62,962 bases of DNA from a virus (Duplodnaviria; Caudoviricetes): IMG/VR virus record IMGVR_UViG_3300022871_000857, positions 1 to 62,962 of that record. One strand, 5' to 3'. Under the pieces are notes generated by a model. The model had not been told where the DNA came from and did not search any database. It worked only from the letters and a program-made list of their open reading frames with translations. The position numbers and the translations under genes are program-made. Shown here in pieces: positions 19,521-29,126 of this stretch. Numbering within the stretch: the stretch's first letter is position 1; the number at the start of each line of letters is the position of its first letter.

Positions 19521-20218
19521 TATTTTACCTCTAATAAATAATGTAAACCAACATCATTTATTTCTGTTTTCTTTAAATTTAATTTATCCAAAAGCTTATA
19601 GAATTTATCTAATGTTACGTTGAAAATATCTTTCATCATTTCTTCATGAACTTCACATATAATTTTAATATCAGGATTGTCCTGTATAACTCTTTCCATT
19701 CCTTTTAAAACTAAATATTCAGAACCTTCAACATCTATTTTCACTACATATTTTTCTTTAGATAGTAATACATCATCTAATATTTTTGTTCTTATTTTTT
19801 TACTATTTGTATATTTTTTATTTTTTGAGAATCTAAACATTTTACCTGATACGTCAGTACTCATATTACAACCCATATATCCTTCTCCATTAATATCTGA
19901 TAGGGCAAGAGGTAATACTATCATGTTATTTAATCCATTTAAAACTATATTTTCTTCTAACCAATCACATCTATCTTTATCTGGTTCTATTGCTATAACA
20001 TAACCACATATTAGAGATGCAGGAAAAGAGAATACTCCCATATTAGCACCTATATCTACAAAGGTTGTTTTATTATCTAATAATTTAAAACACGTTTTCA
20101 TAATTTTAGGTTCATAAAATTTATTAGATTTAAGCATTTCCTCTGGTTCATATACTTTGCCTTTATGTAATAACATTTTCCATTTTAAATTATCTAATTT
20201 TAAATCATATTCCTTCAT
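19520..20218 (-). CDS. FkbM-family methyltransferase
   Basis: 'FVDIGANMG', 'AIEP', 'KIDVEGSE'. Confidence 0.92.
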   Translation of the reverse strand: MKEYDLKLDNLKWKMLLHKGKVYEPEEMLKSNKFYEPKIMKTCFKLLDNKTTFVDIGANMGVFSFPASLICGYVIAIEPDKDRCDWLEENIVLNGLNNMIVLPLALSDINGEGYMGCNMSTDVSGKMFRFSKNKKYTNSKKIRTKILDDVLLSKEKYVVKIDVEGSEYLVLKGMERVIQDNPDIKIICEVHEEMMKDIFNVTLDKFYKLLDKLNLKKTEINDVGLHYLLEVK

Positions 20219-22962
20219 TATATTCTACCTTTCTTTTTTAATTTATCTATTATTGTAATTCCATATATATCTTTTAAATATTTAACAACAGGAGAAGGTA
20301 TTACATATGAATACCCCGAATCATTTAACCATGTTTTAGTGTGTATGGTTGTTTTTATAAATTTAATATTTAAATTAGGTTTAATATTTTTAGTAAGTTC
20401 AACTGCTTCATGAATATCGGTTACTCCTAAATACACATTATCATCTTTTATATTATTAAAATTCTTATCTAAAACAGCACACTTACACGTATCTTTCATT
20501 AAAATAACTGATATTCCATTGTCTTTTAATATTGAAGTATATTTATATATTTCTTCTTCTTTATTTGAAGCAGTAATATTAACAGGTATTATTGTTTCTT
20601 TCTGTGTTTTGTTCTCTATTTTGTTCTTTACAACTGTAGTTTCTTCTGTAGGTTTTTTTATATCACCTAAATTAACATTACATATGTCTTTTAAGGCTGT
20701 TATGTCCCATTTCTTACAAAAGATTTCTAAACCTTTATTAACATTTATATCACGCCTAAAACTATTATATTCTTTACTATTTGAAGTTTCATTGTGTGCT
20801 ATCTCTACTTCTGGAGTATAAGCTACTTTCCAATCAGTATCTTTTAGTCTTAAAAAGAAATCACTATGTTCTACTAAAACCAAATCATTGTCCCAATTAA
20901 TATCATAAAATAATTCTCGTTTATATAAAGCAAAATTTAAAACAATATCAGTATCATAATATGTAACTTCTCTTGGTTTATAATTATATTTTGTTGTTTT
21001 ATGTGTTTTATAATCTACCGAAAATATATTAACCTTTAATATCTTGTTTATACTAGGAATAGGACAGAACCATCCTAAATAAGGACTTCTACCTTCTAAT
21101 TTTCCTCCTGCTATACCTATGTTTTCATCATCTTCTAATATGTCTCTGAATTTAGTTATATCTGATTTTTTAGTAAAAATAAAATCATCATCTATAACAA
21201 GTATAAAAGGTTCTACTGTCTTACTGGCTAGATAATTCCTAGCATATGCAAGACCACAATTATATTCTAATTTAAATATTTTATGTCCATTTTTATTTAA
21301 TTCATCATAGTATTTCATCATTTCATCAGAAACCTTTTCATTTTGGTCTCCAATATATATTCTTATTAAATCATCAGGATAAAAACTTCTTAATGAATCA
21401 ATACATTTTACTATTTTATCATCACGTAAAAAGGTAGTAACAATAACTGCTATTTCCCTATGTGTTCTATTAGCATTTACTCTACCACCCCAACCAGTAA
21501 AATTGGGTTTGTCTATATGCCAGTCTCCATAATTATCAGTTAAGAACATATCAATATTTTCAGGTATTTTTATTGTTTTATTAAAATAAGTATAATCTTC
21601 AAATGAATGGAGTGTTTCTGCTGATACTGTTAAACATCTTTCCCAATCAACAAAACCATTTATTGGATTTCTACTATATAAATATGTCTGATATTTATCA
21701 GTATCTAAATTGTATTCATAAAAATTAAAATCTAGTTTAGGATATTTACTAGATTTCAATCTAAACGTAAATTCCATTCTCCATAAACAATTTATTTCTA
21801 TACCTTTAGGTGGATTTGTCTTTAGTAATTCTTTTATTTTCCATCTATCATCTACAAATAATCCTAAATCAATATCTGTACTGTAATAATTTTTATCTCT
21901 ATATGATTTTAATAGAGTGCCTAAATTAAGAAAATAGAATATATTATGTTCATCTAACCAATCAGACATAATATGAAATATTTCTTCTTTAGCTTTCTTC
22001 ATTTTATCATTATTAATTTTAGGATCCATCGTCATATTTAAACCCTTTCCTAAGTAAAAATCTTCATATGTTTTTACTAGTGTCTTTGGAGTATAATTAG
22101 TATTTCTCCATTCTATTATTTTGTCTTTTTCCTTTTGTAAATTATTCTTTTTTAATAACTTTTTTATATTACGTTCTAAATTATCTAAATTTGTTTTATA
22201 AAAAGGATATTCATCACTACTATAATTAGTTAAAGCAACTGCACCGAAACAGGCTGCTTCTAAACTAGTACCATGAAAAGCATCTTTATTTATTATATCA
22301 TCAATAATTATATCTGCTTTATTTTTTTCTAGTAAGTTTTCTTTATAAGGCATACCTTCTATTATTTTTAAATTAAAATCATACTTATTTTTTAGTCTAT
22401 TTAATTCAGGTATTATTATATGGTATCCTTTAGAATATATATGTTCTTTATCATGTCTATTTGTAGGTGCATATAAAACCACAGGTTTATCATTGTTCTT
22501 TTTATCACATCCATATTCTTGTGATTTAATTATAGGTAAATATATATTACTTAAATCTTTATACACTTCTTTTTGCCATTTTTGGTCTGAAATTACAATT
22601 AAATCGTATATACTATAATCTTCTTTTATTTTTCTTTCTAATGCTTTTCTATGTACTGAATATAAATGTAATATTATTTTTTGTTTATCTGTTTTATATT
22701 TTAATAAGTCTGAAGGAAACAAACAATTATGACAATGTAGTATATCTGCTTTTTGTATTATTTCTATAGATTTTTTCCTATCTTTAAACCAATTTAAATC
22801 TCCAGGAAATTGTCTCTCTGCATGATTATATCCTTCAGAATATTTATTGCTTCCACATATAAGTCTAGATTCAATATAATCAGAATATTCATTTAATAAA
22901 TTATTCAATTCATATGGTGAACCTCCGATTGGATTACTAGCCAATTGTACAATTTTAATCAT
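20218..22962 (-). CDS. Multidomain glycan enzyme: GT-B-like + LicD nucleotidyltransferase + GT-A glycosyltransferase
   Basis: N-term 'YAPTNR...SKG...ADIIIDD...SLEAACFG'; middle 'LGTLLKSYRD...DIDLG...LTDNYGDW'; C-term 'TTFLRD...GLAYARNYL...IDDDF...EHSDFF'. Confidence 0.8.
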   Translation of the reverse strand: MIKIVQLASNPIGGSPYELNNLLNEYSDYIESRLICGSNKYSEGYNHAERQFPGDLNWFKDRKKSIEIIQKADILHCHNCLFPSDLLKYKTDKQKIILHLYSVHRKALERKIKEDYSIYDLIVISDQKWQKEVYKDLSNIYLPIIKSQEYGCDKKNNDKPVVLYAPTNRHDKEHIYSKGYHIIIPELNRLKNKYDFNLKIIEGMPYKENLLEKNKADIIIDDIINKDAFHGTSLEAACFGAVALTNYSSDEYPFYKTNLDNLERNIKKLLKKNNLQKEKDKIIEWRNTNYTPKTLVKTYEDFYLGKGLNMTMDPKINNDKMKKAKEEIFHIMSDWLDEHNIFYFLNLGTLLKSYRDKNYYSTDIDLGLFVDDRWKIKELLKTNPPKGIEINCLWRMEFTFRLKSSKYPKLDFNFYEYNLDTDKYQTYLYSRNPINGFVDWERCLTVSAETLHSFEDYTYFNKTIKIPENIDMFLTDNYGDWHIDKPNFTGWGGRVNANRTHREIAVIVTTFLRDDKIVKCIDSLRSFYPDDLIRIYIGDQNEKVSDEMMKYYDELNKNGHKIFKLEYNCGLAYARNYLASKTVEPFILVIDDDFIFTKKSDITKFRDILEDDENIGIAGGKLEGRSPYLGWFCPIPSINKILKVNIFSVDYKTHKTTKYNYKPREVTYYDTDIVLNFALYKRELFYDINWDNDLVLVEHSDFFLRLKDTDWKVAYTPEVEIAHNETSNSKEYNSFRRDINVNKGLEIFCKKWDITALKDICNVNLGDIKKPTEETTVVKNKIENKTQKETIIPVNITASNKEEEIYKYTSILKDNGISVILMKDTCKCAVLDKNFNNIKDDNVYLGVTDIHEAVELTKNIKPNLNIKFIKTTIHTKTWLNDSGYSYVIPSPVVKYLKDIYGITIIDKLKKKGRI

Positions 22963-23479
22963 GACTAAAAATTACTCCATATAGTTCTAATGCTTTTATA
23001 TTTAGTTCTTTACATGTATCTCTTATATTATCCAATGCAAACAAATATAATTCAATATTATTACAATTTGTAAATAAATCTTCTTTATCTATCATTATCA
23101 TATCTGTTTTTAAAGCTTCGACTAAACCACGTAATGACACAACTCCTTTAATATCTTCTATCTTAGGTACTATTTTCTTATCTACTTCATGCCATATTTC
23201 CAGTGCTTCATGAATATCGGAGGCATTAGAATAAGAAAAATATTCAATTTTAGCATATCTATTTGCAATTCCAATCGCTGTTTCTATACTAATTGTTGGT
23301 TGTGGTGGCTTAATTCTATTACTAGGATAATCAAGAAAAATAGGATATTCACATTTATCTATAAAATTCTTTAATTCTTGGGTATTTTCTACCCAAGCAC
23401 AATTTATCCTAACCACAGTATCTTTAGGTAATTTCATCTCCGGCTTACAAGTTAAAATATGATTTGAAATTAAAAACAT
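22955..23479 (-). CDS. Truncated pyruvate-kinase-like/PEP-binding TIM barrel
   Basis: 'VVRINCAW', 'IFLDYP', 'IVPKIEDIKGV', 'DMIMIDKEDL' parallel PK A-domain motifs (RxNxSH, xKIE, DGIMVARGDL). Confidence 0.6.
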   Translation of the reverse strand: MFLISNHILTCKPEMKLPKDTVVRINCAWVENTQELKNFIDKCEYPIFLDYPSNRIKPPQPTISIETAIGIANRYAKIEYFSYSNASDIHEALEIWHEVDKKIVPKIEDIKGVVSLRGLVEALKTDMIMIDKEDLFTNCNNIELYLFALDNIRDTCKELNIKALELYGVIFSHD

Positions 23480-23488
23480 TTGTTCTCC

Positions 23489-24076
23489 TTATATTATATT
23501 GTTATTTTTTAATACTTTAATTACTTTAGTAGAATTATATCCTATACTATCAATTTCAGTAAATAATATTTCATTTGGATTATCAGGTTGTTCATATTCA
23601 ATATCTATACCTATAAAATTAGCTATTAATCCCATTTCTGCTTTTTTCCACATTATTTTTGTATCTCGTTTCATACATGTTTCTTTACTACACGCAACAT
23701 GTATTTCTATAAAGTTTTTATTATTATTTTTAAGTCTTTCCCTATCAATCTTAAATGGAGAAATAAATGAAGCCAAAACAATAACTCCATTAGAAGATAA
23801 CATATTTGATATAGCCGATAATCTTTTTATATTTTTATGTATATCTTCTACAGTAAAAGATAAATCATTATTAAATGCTTCTCTAAATTTATCTCCGTCT
23901 AGTAATACAACTCGCTTACCCATACTCTTTAATTTATTATATACTATTTTAGCTGTAGATGTTTTCCCAGAGCAAGGAAGACCTGTAAATAAAACTAAAC
24001 ATCCTTTATTTCTAGGTATTAATCCTAATTTTACTCCAATATTAATATATATAATTCTAATAATTTTTTTAATCAT
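23489..24076 (-). CDS. cysC: Adenylylsulfate (APS) kinase
   Basis: 'FTGLPCSGKTS', 'LDGDKFR', 'ASFISPF', 'FIGIDIEYEQP'. Confidence 0.9.
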   Translation of the reverse strand: MIKKIIRIIYINIGVKLGLIPRNKGCLVLFTGLPCSGKTSTAKIVYNKLKSMGKRVVLLDGDKFREAFNNDLSFTVEDIHKNIKRLSAISNMLSSNGVIVLASFISPFKIDRERLKNNNKNFIEIHVACSKETCMKRDTKIMWKKAEMGLIANFIGIDIEYEQPDNPNEILFTEIDSIGYNSTKVIKVLKNNNII

Positions 24077-24421
24077 TTAAGACTTCTCCCTTATACTTGT
24101 ACCTGTTATTTTTTTAATTTCTTCTGGAACATCTATATGATATATTTTCCATCCCGGAGTTCTTCCATATGCTACTTCTATTATATCAGGTAACGCTAAA
24201 ATCTTAACTCTACCTTCTCCTATTTCTTTATAAAATATCTTTTCAAAAGCAGATTTTCTTTCTTCAATAGTATATGGGTTTGTATCTGTTCCGTCTTCTT
24301 CTCTTATTCCTATTACTACATTTTTATTTTCTTCTAGTAGTGTCTCAACTAACATTACATGTCCTTTATGTGGCTTAGGAACTTGAAATCTACCTAATAG
24401 TAATGTCCATTCTTTATGCAT
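24077..24421 (-). CDS. HxGH cytidylyl/adenylyltransferase-superfamily protein
   Basis: 'LLGRFQVPKPHKGH', 'NPYTIEER', 'YGRTPGW', 'ITGTSIR'. Confidence 0.8.
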   Translation of the reverse strand: MHKEWTLLLGRFQVPKPHKGHVMLVETLLEENKNVVIGIREEDGTDTNPYTIEERKSAFEKIFYKEIGEGRVKILALPDIIEVAYGRTPGWKIYHIDVPEEIKKITGTSIREKS

Positions 24422-24430
24422 TGTTATCTC

Positions 24431-24688
24431 CTATTCAGAAATATTTAAAAGTTCTTTTACTTTTGCTATATTAAGACCAACAATATATTCTCCGTTTATT
24501 TTTAATGTTGGTATTCCCATTTGTCCAGAATCTTCAACCATTTCTTTGGCTGCTTCAACATCTTTCATAACATCTTTTAAAGTAAAATCTATTTTATTAT
24601 TTTCTAAATATGTTTTAAGTGTTAAACATTGGGGACAAATAGTTGTACTATATAGTATTATTTTATTTTTCTTTCCTTTTTTTCCCAT
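24431..24688 (-). CDS. Glutaredoxin/NrdH-like redoxin
   Basis: 'YSTTICPQC', 'SGQMGIPTL'. Confidence 0.9.
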   Translation of the reverse strand: MGKKGKKNKIILYSTTICPQCLTLKTYLENNKIDFTLKDVMKDVEAAKEMVEDSGQMGIPTLKINGEYIVGLNIAKVKELLNISE

Positions 24689-25325
24689 TTTTACTCCTTA
24701 TCTTAGTTTCTATTTCAAATACTATAGGTTTATTATTTAATTTATAACAAAAATCACATATTGAACAATTAATAAATGTAGTTTTATCTATTGTGACTTT
24801 ACCATATCCTTCATGTATATGTCCGAATATATGATATTTTGGTTTAATTCTTTTTATTTCTTTTAATAGATATTTATCTCCTACGTTTTTATCATATACT
24901 GAAGCCACTTCATCTAAAATTCCATAGGGTGGACCATGAGTTATTAATATATCTATTTTTTTATCTAATTTTCCCCATTTATTTTTTAAAACTTCTTTTT
25001 CTTCTATAAAAACCCAATTACCAAATTTAGGAGTATATGGAGAACCATATATAGTTAGACCTTCAATTTCAATATACTCATCTTCTAAATATTTAGCATT
25101 AGTAACTAAAATTCTAGCATCCGTATTTTTCATATAATAATCATGATTTCCTGCTATCATTATTTTATATTTATGGGGTTGTTTACCTAAAAAAGAATTA
25201 AATTTAATTAAGTTTCGTCTGTTACCCCACATAGAAAAATCTCCAGCAAATATTAACATATCTCCATTTGGTATTTTTAATTTGTCATAATCCTTATGTA
25301 CATCTGCAAATACAACTATTTTCAT
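24663..25325 (-). CDS. Calcineurin-like metallophosphoesterase
   Basis: DVH, AGD, GNHD, THGPP and GHIHE motifs. Confidence 0.9.
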   Translation of the reverse strand: MKIVVFADVHKDYDKLKIPNGDMLIFAGDFSMWGNRRNLIKFNSFLGKQPHKYKIMIAGNHDYYMKNTDARILVTNAKYLEDEYIEIEGLTIYGSPYTPKFGNWVFIEEKEVLKNKWGKLDKKIDILITHGPPYGILDEVASVYDKNVGDKYLLKEIKRIKPKYHIFGHIHEGYGKVTIDKTTFINCSICDFCYKLNNKPIVFEIETKIRSKNGKKRKEK

Positions 25326-25981
25326 TTTATTCTCCTAAAGAATTCTGAATATTCTATTTTTTTAAAGTACGGTATATTGCTAATCATACTTACGTTGTGT
25401 ATTTTTACATCATAATCTAAATACCTCTCAAAGTCTTCTACATGTTTTTTAGGTGTACCATCACCTGTTCCCTTTAGGTATATACTTGGGTTTCCTATAC
25501 CTGAAGACCTTACTTTCAATTCATCTTGATAAAAGTGTGTTTTTTTATTCTTTAAAGTAGGTGTACCAAAATCATAACCTAGTAAATAGATATTATTATA
25601 TCCTTCTTTTATTGCTAAAGATAAAGAAAAGACACCTACTAATCCTAAACCACCTGAAAATATTGCTTTCTTTTTTTCATCATATATACCTTCAACTTCT
25701 TTATTAGCATCATATTTTACTATTTCATTGATATGTTTTGATTTAGTATTTGTTTTAGAAACTAATTCAACTCCTTGTTCTTTTAATTTAAATAGTTTAT
25801 CCATATTAGTTACATAAAAAACTTGGTCTACCCATATTTCTCTAGTAGGTAAATAAGGCATTTTCTCGAAAGCAAAATTAAGAGACCATATCGTCTTTCC
25901 TTTTATGTGTTCCCATAATCCTTTTTCTATACCCTCTTTAATAGAATAACCTCCACCGATTAAAATAAGTTCTTTATTCAT
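25322..25981 (-). CDS. GT29/MAF-like Rossmann transferase (paralog A)
   Basis: 'IGGGYS', 'WSLN', 'IYLLGYDFG', 'THFY'. Confidence 0.6.
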   Translation of the reverse strand: MNKELILIGGGYSIKEGIEKGLWEHIKGKTIWSLNFAFEKMPYLPTREIWVDQVFYVTNMDKLFKLKEQGVELVSKTNTKSKHINEIVKYDANKEVEGIYDEKKKAIFSGGLGLVGVFSLSLAIKEGYNNIYLLGYDFGTPTLKNKKTHFYQDELKVRSSGIGNPSIYLKGTGDGTPKKHVEDFERYLDYDVKIHNVSMISNIPYFKKIEYSEFFRRIK

Positions 25982-26507
25982 TGCGTAATTTTATCCTCAT
26001 ATTTTTTTCAATTTGTTTCATAACATAATCTTTCTCTTTTTCTGGACTATGCTGTGCAGTATAAATACTATTAGTGTACCATGTGGGTGTAGACCAAAAG
26101 TCAAAACCATATAGGTCTAGTAATTCAAAATTAACATTGTTTACTAGATAATCAAATATCATGCATCCAGTAGAGGGTCTATTGTTTCTTAATTTTTTAA
26201 ATAAATTACCCCACTCAACCAAATCATAATAAAAATCATATTTTGTATTATCTCTATTTTTAGGTGTTGCCCAAAAAACATATTTGGCATTAAATTCTTT
26301 TATTGTTTCTTCAGATAATAGAGTAGATAATACTAATATATCTGTTCTTGAACCTATAAATTTCTCCTTACCTTCTGGATGTCCATTGTTCATTCTAATA
26401 ATTACTTGATAGTTATTAAAATCTTTTTCTTTATTGAGAATACTTTTCGCATTCCCTAATAAAGCAATTCTTTTATTGTTTAAATATTGAGTTAAATTAG
26501 ATTTCAT
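25974..26507 (-). CDS. GT29 sialyltransferase-like protein
   Basis: Sialylmotif-like 'LLGNA...IIRMN...GSRTD', 'RPSTG', 'LYGFDF', 'HSPEKE'. Confidence 0.7.
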   Translation of the reverse strand: MKSNLTQYLNNKRIALLGNAKSILNKEKDFNNYQVIIRMNNGHPEGKEKFIGSRTDILVLSTLLSEETIKEFNAKYVFWATPKNRDNTKYDFYYDLVEWGNLFKKLRNNRPSTGCMIFDYLVNNVNFELLDLYGFDFWSTPTWYTNSIYTAQHSPEKEKDYVMKQIEKNMRIKLRNE

Positions 26508-27375
26508 TTAATAATTTCTCCATCTTTTCTTTATTTAGAAAATTACCTGAAGTAATAAACTTATGGAAATCATCATATATATGTTTATTATCTTTATTTG
26601 ATGCAAATCTTATTTGTTCCATTATATCATTTCTATTACGACAAATTTTTATAGGTAAACCACTCCATTTTATTAAACCTTCTATCTTATGTGAGTTACT
26701 TGACAAAGGAACAAATGGTATTCCTGCTAATCCAGCCGCATAAATTCCGTGATGTTGACCTGTTACATATACTCTTGCATTTTTTAAACTTTTAACAATA
26801 GTATTAAAAGTGAATATTCTCTTAAAAGCCAAAATAGGTAAATCTATTGTTTTTAAAATAGCATATTCACTGACTCCAGGATGAGCATTTCCTTTTAATG
26901 TTAGACCTCTAGTATCTTGAACTAATACATTTTTATCTGTAAAGTTAATTGGGTCTACACATGAATCTAATAATACTTCAGGATTACCACCACATTGTTT
27001 TGCTTTATCATAGCTTAATATTTCTCTAACAGACAAGTAATCTAATTTTTTAAATACTTCATTGTAATAAGGAGCAGGGAAATCTAATACGGTATTTATA
27101 AGCATTGTCTTTTTATTAGTATCTTGTGCGTATTTTAAAATATCCATTAATACTGTCCCTGCTCTATTCTGATGATGTATAGTTCCTTCTCCGTTCACTA
27201 CAACTACTTCTGATTTATCAATCAGTTCTTTAAATTTATCATTAAATTTATCTGTATGAACATAATGTCTACCTACAACATAATGACTACTTAAAATATT
27301 GTTTATTGATTTCATAACTGCTTTAGAACCACTGTGTCCTGAATTGGTGTCATTTGCTAAAAATATTCTTTTCAT
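26497..27375 (-). CDS. Polysaccharide pyruvyltransferase-family protein
   Basis: 'HSGSKAV', 'NGEGTIHH', 'SVREILS', 'VTGQHHG', 'SHKIEG'. Confidence 0.8.
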   Translation of the reverse strand: MKRIFLANDTNSGHSGSKAVMKSINNILSSHYVVGRHYVHTDKFNDKFKELIDKSEVVVVNGEGTIHHQNRAGTVLMDILKYAQDTNKKTMLINTVLDFPAPYYNEVFKKLDYLSVREILSYDKAKQCGGNPEVLLDSCVDPINFTDKNVLVQDTRGLTLKGNAHPGVSEYAILKTIDLPILAFKRIFTFNTIVKSLKNARVYVTGQHHGIYAAGLAGIPFVPLSSNSHKIEGLIKWSGLPIKICRNRNDIMEQIRFASNKDNKHIYDDFHKFITSGNFLNKEKMEKLLNEI

Positions 27376-28034
27376 TTGTTATCCTCTATTCGTTTATAAA
27401 ACTCATCATATGATAGTTTAGGAAAACTAATTATATTTGATGTTAAACTTACATTATATACTTCTACTTTAGTATGTTTTTTTATAATATCAAAATCTTT
27501 TATTTCATCTCTAATTTTATTTTCTCCTGCCCAATATATACCTGACCTACCATAACTTCCTGCATTAATGTCTTCATTTAAATCTTCATACCAATGAGTA
27601 TTATTGTTTCTAATATGAGTAGAACCAAAATCATATCCTAACAAATATATGTTTTCATATTTTCTTGATATAGCTAAAGACAAGGCAAATACACCCGATA
27701 AACCCATTCTACCAATAAAAATATTTGTTTCACTACTTTTTTCTATGAAGGGTGTAACATCATATTTATTTATAAAATAATTATTGTCATATCCAGCATA
27801 GTTTTTACATATTAGTTCTGTTCCTTTTGAATGTAATTCTATTAATTCAGTCCTACCTTTAGTCCATACTCCTATATCTGCCCATATTTGAACTGAAGGA
27901 TTGAATGGCATAAACATATGTGAAAAATTAACAGACCAAACATCAATTCCTTTATGTTGTATTTTATCCCACAATTGTTTGTCTATTCCTTCTTTTACTG
28001 AATATCCTCCACCTATGATAATTACGTCATTCAT
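27372..28034 (-). CDS. GT29/MAF-like Rossmann transferase (paralog B)
   Basis: Clear paralog of 25322..25981 ('IGGGYSVKEG', 'GLSGVFALSLAI', 'NIYLLGYDFG'). Confidence 0.6.
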   Translation of the reverse strand: MNDVIIIGGGYSVKEGIDKQLWDKIQHKGIDVWSVNFSHMFMPFNPSVQIWADIGVWTKGRTELIELHSKGTELICKNYAGYDNNYFINKYDVTPFIEKSSETNIFIGRMGLSGVFALSLAISRKYENIYLLGYDFGSTHIRNNNTHWYEDLNEDINAGSYGRSGIYWAGENKIRDEIKDFDIIKKHTKVEVYNVSLTSNIISFPKLSYDEFYKRIEDNK

Positions 28035-29125
28035 TCTTTATTCTCCAATTGCATTGGCAATATAATATAAATATATTCGTTTGTTTTCCTAATTACTACA
28101 GGTTTTTCTGAAGTAGTAACTTCAAGTTCTATCTCTTTATCACATACTGTTTTTAGTATATCATTTATAAATACAGGATTAATACCCAATACTAATTCAA
28201 TATCGTTTTCTTTAATCTCTATTTCATCTTGTGCTTCATCCATATTACTGCTTTTCTTAAATAATACAATATTATCTTTTGCTATATTTATTGTAATTGC
28301 TTTTAATTCTAAATCAGTAAATACTGATACTCGTTTTAAAGCATCATAGAACCTCTTGGTTTCAATTTTAATACCACTCTTATACTTAGGTATTGCTTTA
28401 TCATAATCAGGGAAATCATCTTGTATTAATCTAGATACTAATATTATGTTGTTTAATTTAAAACATATTTGATTATTATTTATAGCAATTTCTATGTTGC
28501 CTTCACCCTGTAAATTTTTACTTATTTCTACGGCTGCTTTATAAGAAACAATAGATTTAATATTATTTGTAATTTCTTCTTCTAAAGTATCGAAAATAAC
28601 AGCAAGTCTTTTACTATCAGTTCCTACCATTCTAACTTCTTTACCTCTTATATCTAGCAATACTCCGTTGTAGGCGGGTTTTGTTTCATCTCTTGATACT
28701 GTAAATAAGGTCATATCTAGTAATCTTTTTAGTTTTATTTGTGAAATAGATATGCTATTTTCTAGACTATATGATATACTAGGGAAATCAGATATAGGTA
28801 ATCCATTTACTTTAAATTTTATTTTACCAAATGAAATAATTAAAGTATTTTCTTTTAGTTTTAAATTTATATCTTCCTTCGGTAATTCTTTTACTACACT
28901 AATGAATTTATTAATAGGAACAGTTATATTTCCTTGTTCTATAATTTTAGCTTTACAGTTATATTTTAAACTAATATCTAAATCGGTAACTGTAAAATCC
29001 ACACTGTCTTCATTTGTAGTAATCATAACATTTTCTAAAATAGGTAAACTAGCTTGAGGTGAAGCAATATTTTGAATTGCAAATGCAACATTTAATAAAT
29101 CCTGTTGATTAATAACTACTTCCAT
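28031..29125 (-). CDS. dnaN: DNA polymerase III beta sliding clamp
   Basis: 364 aa; 'SLPILENV', 'TDLD', 'GTDSKRLA', 'SRLIQDDFPDY', 'ILPMQL'. Confidence 0.93.
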   Translation of the reverse strand: MEVVINQQDLLNVAFAIQNIASPQASLPILENVMITTNEDSVDFTVTDLDISLKYNCKAKIIEQGNITVPINKFISVVKELPKEDINLKLKENTLIISFGKIKFKVNGLPISDFPSISYSLENSISISQIKLKRLLDMTLFTVSRDETKPAYNGVLLDIRGKEVRMVGTDSKRLAVIFDTLEEEITNNIKSIVSYKAAVEISKNLQGEGNIEIAINNNQICFKLNNIILVSRLIQDDFPDYDKAIPKYKSGIKIETKRFYDALKRVSVFTDLELKAITINIAKDNIVLFKKSSNMDEAQDEIEIKENDIELVLGINPVFINDILKTVCDKEIELEVTTSEKPVVIRKTNEYIYIILPMQLENKE

Positions 29126-29126
29126 A

